Shown: positions 34,329 to 34,329 of the stretch, piece after piece
How the letters are laid out: the number at the start of each line of letters is the position of its first letter
Numbering within the stretch: position 1 is the first letter of the stretch
Virus record (IMG/VR): IMGVR_UViG_3300022217_000232
Coordinates: 1-34,329 of that record
Reading direction: 5' to 3' (one strand)
Source of the DNA: a virus
Taxonomy: Duplodnaviria; Caudoviricetes
Length of the DNA stretch: 34,329 nucleotides
Made by a program: the position numbers and the translations under genes
The notes under the pieces: generated by a model
Told to the model about the DNA's origin: nothing
The model's input: the letters and a program-made list of their open reading frames with translations, nothing else
Databases searched by the model: none

Positions 34329-34329
34329 G

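Overview
AT-rich fragment of a large T4-like (T4 core-gene) lytic phage genome. From left to right it carries: (i) a plus-strand sugar/nonulosonic-acid cluster under T4-type late promoters (ColD-like PLP enzyme, Maf/DUF115-like transferase, NeuB, NeuA, a TIGR04372-like glycosyltransferase, a class IV aminotransferase) with a holin/spanin-like trio embedded; (ii) minus-strand arrays of small early genes driven by a repeated perfect sigma70 promoter + RBS cassette; (iii) the head module (gp23, gp22, gp21, gp67-like, gp20, gp2, gp4) interleaved with five small ORFs sharing an N-terminal MDILEKIDKKLNE-type signal and with two GIY-YIG endonuclease genes; (iv) thyA, a GHKL ATPase, YopX, a TerY-P-like vWA/PP2C/kinase triad and PncA + PncB NAD-salvage genes. 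Best novel candidates: a ~70-nt three-way-junction structure with compensatory base changes that sits at the same position upstream of both GIY-YIG genes, next to a late promoter pointing back across it; and a family of putative capsid-targeted internal proteins. Accessory genes carry many small lesions (homopolymer frameshifts, in-frame stops) while core genes are intact. Product calls are from motif recognition only; no database searches were run.
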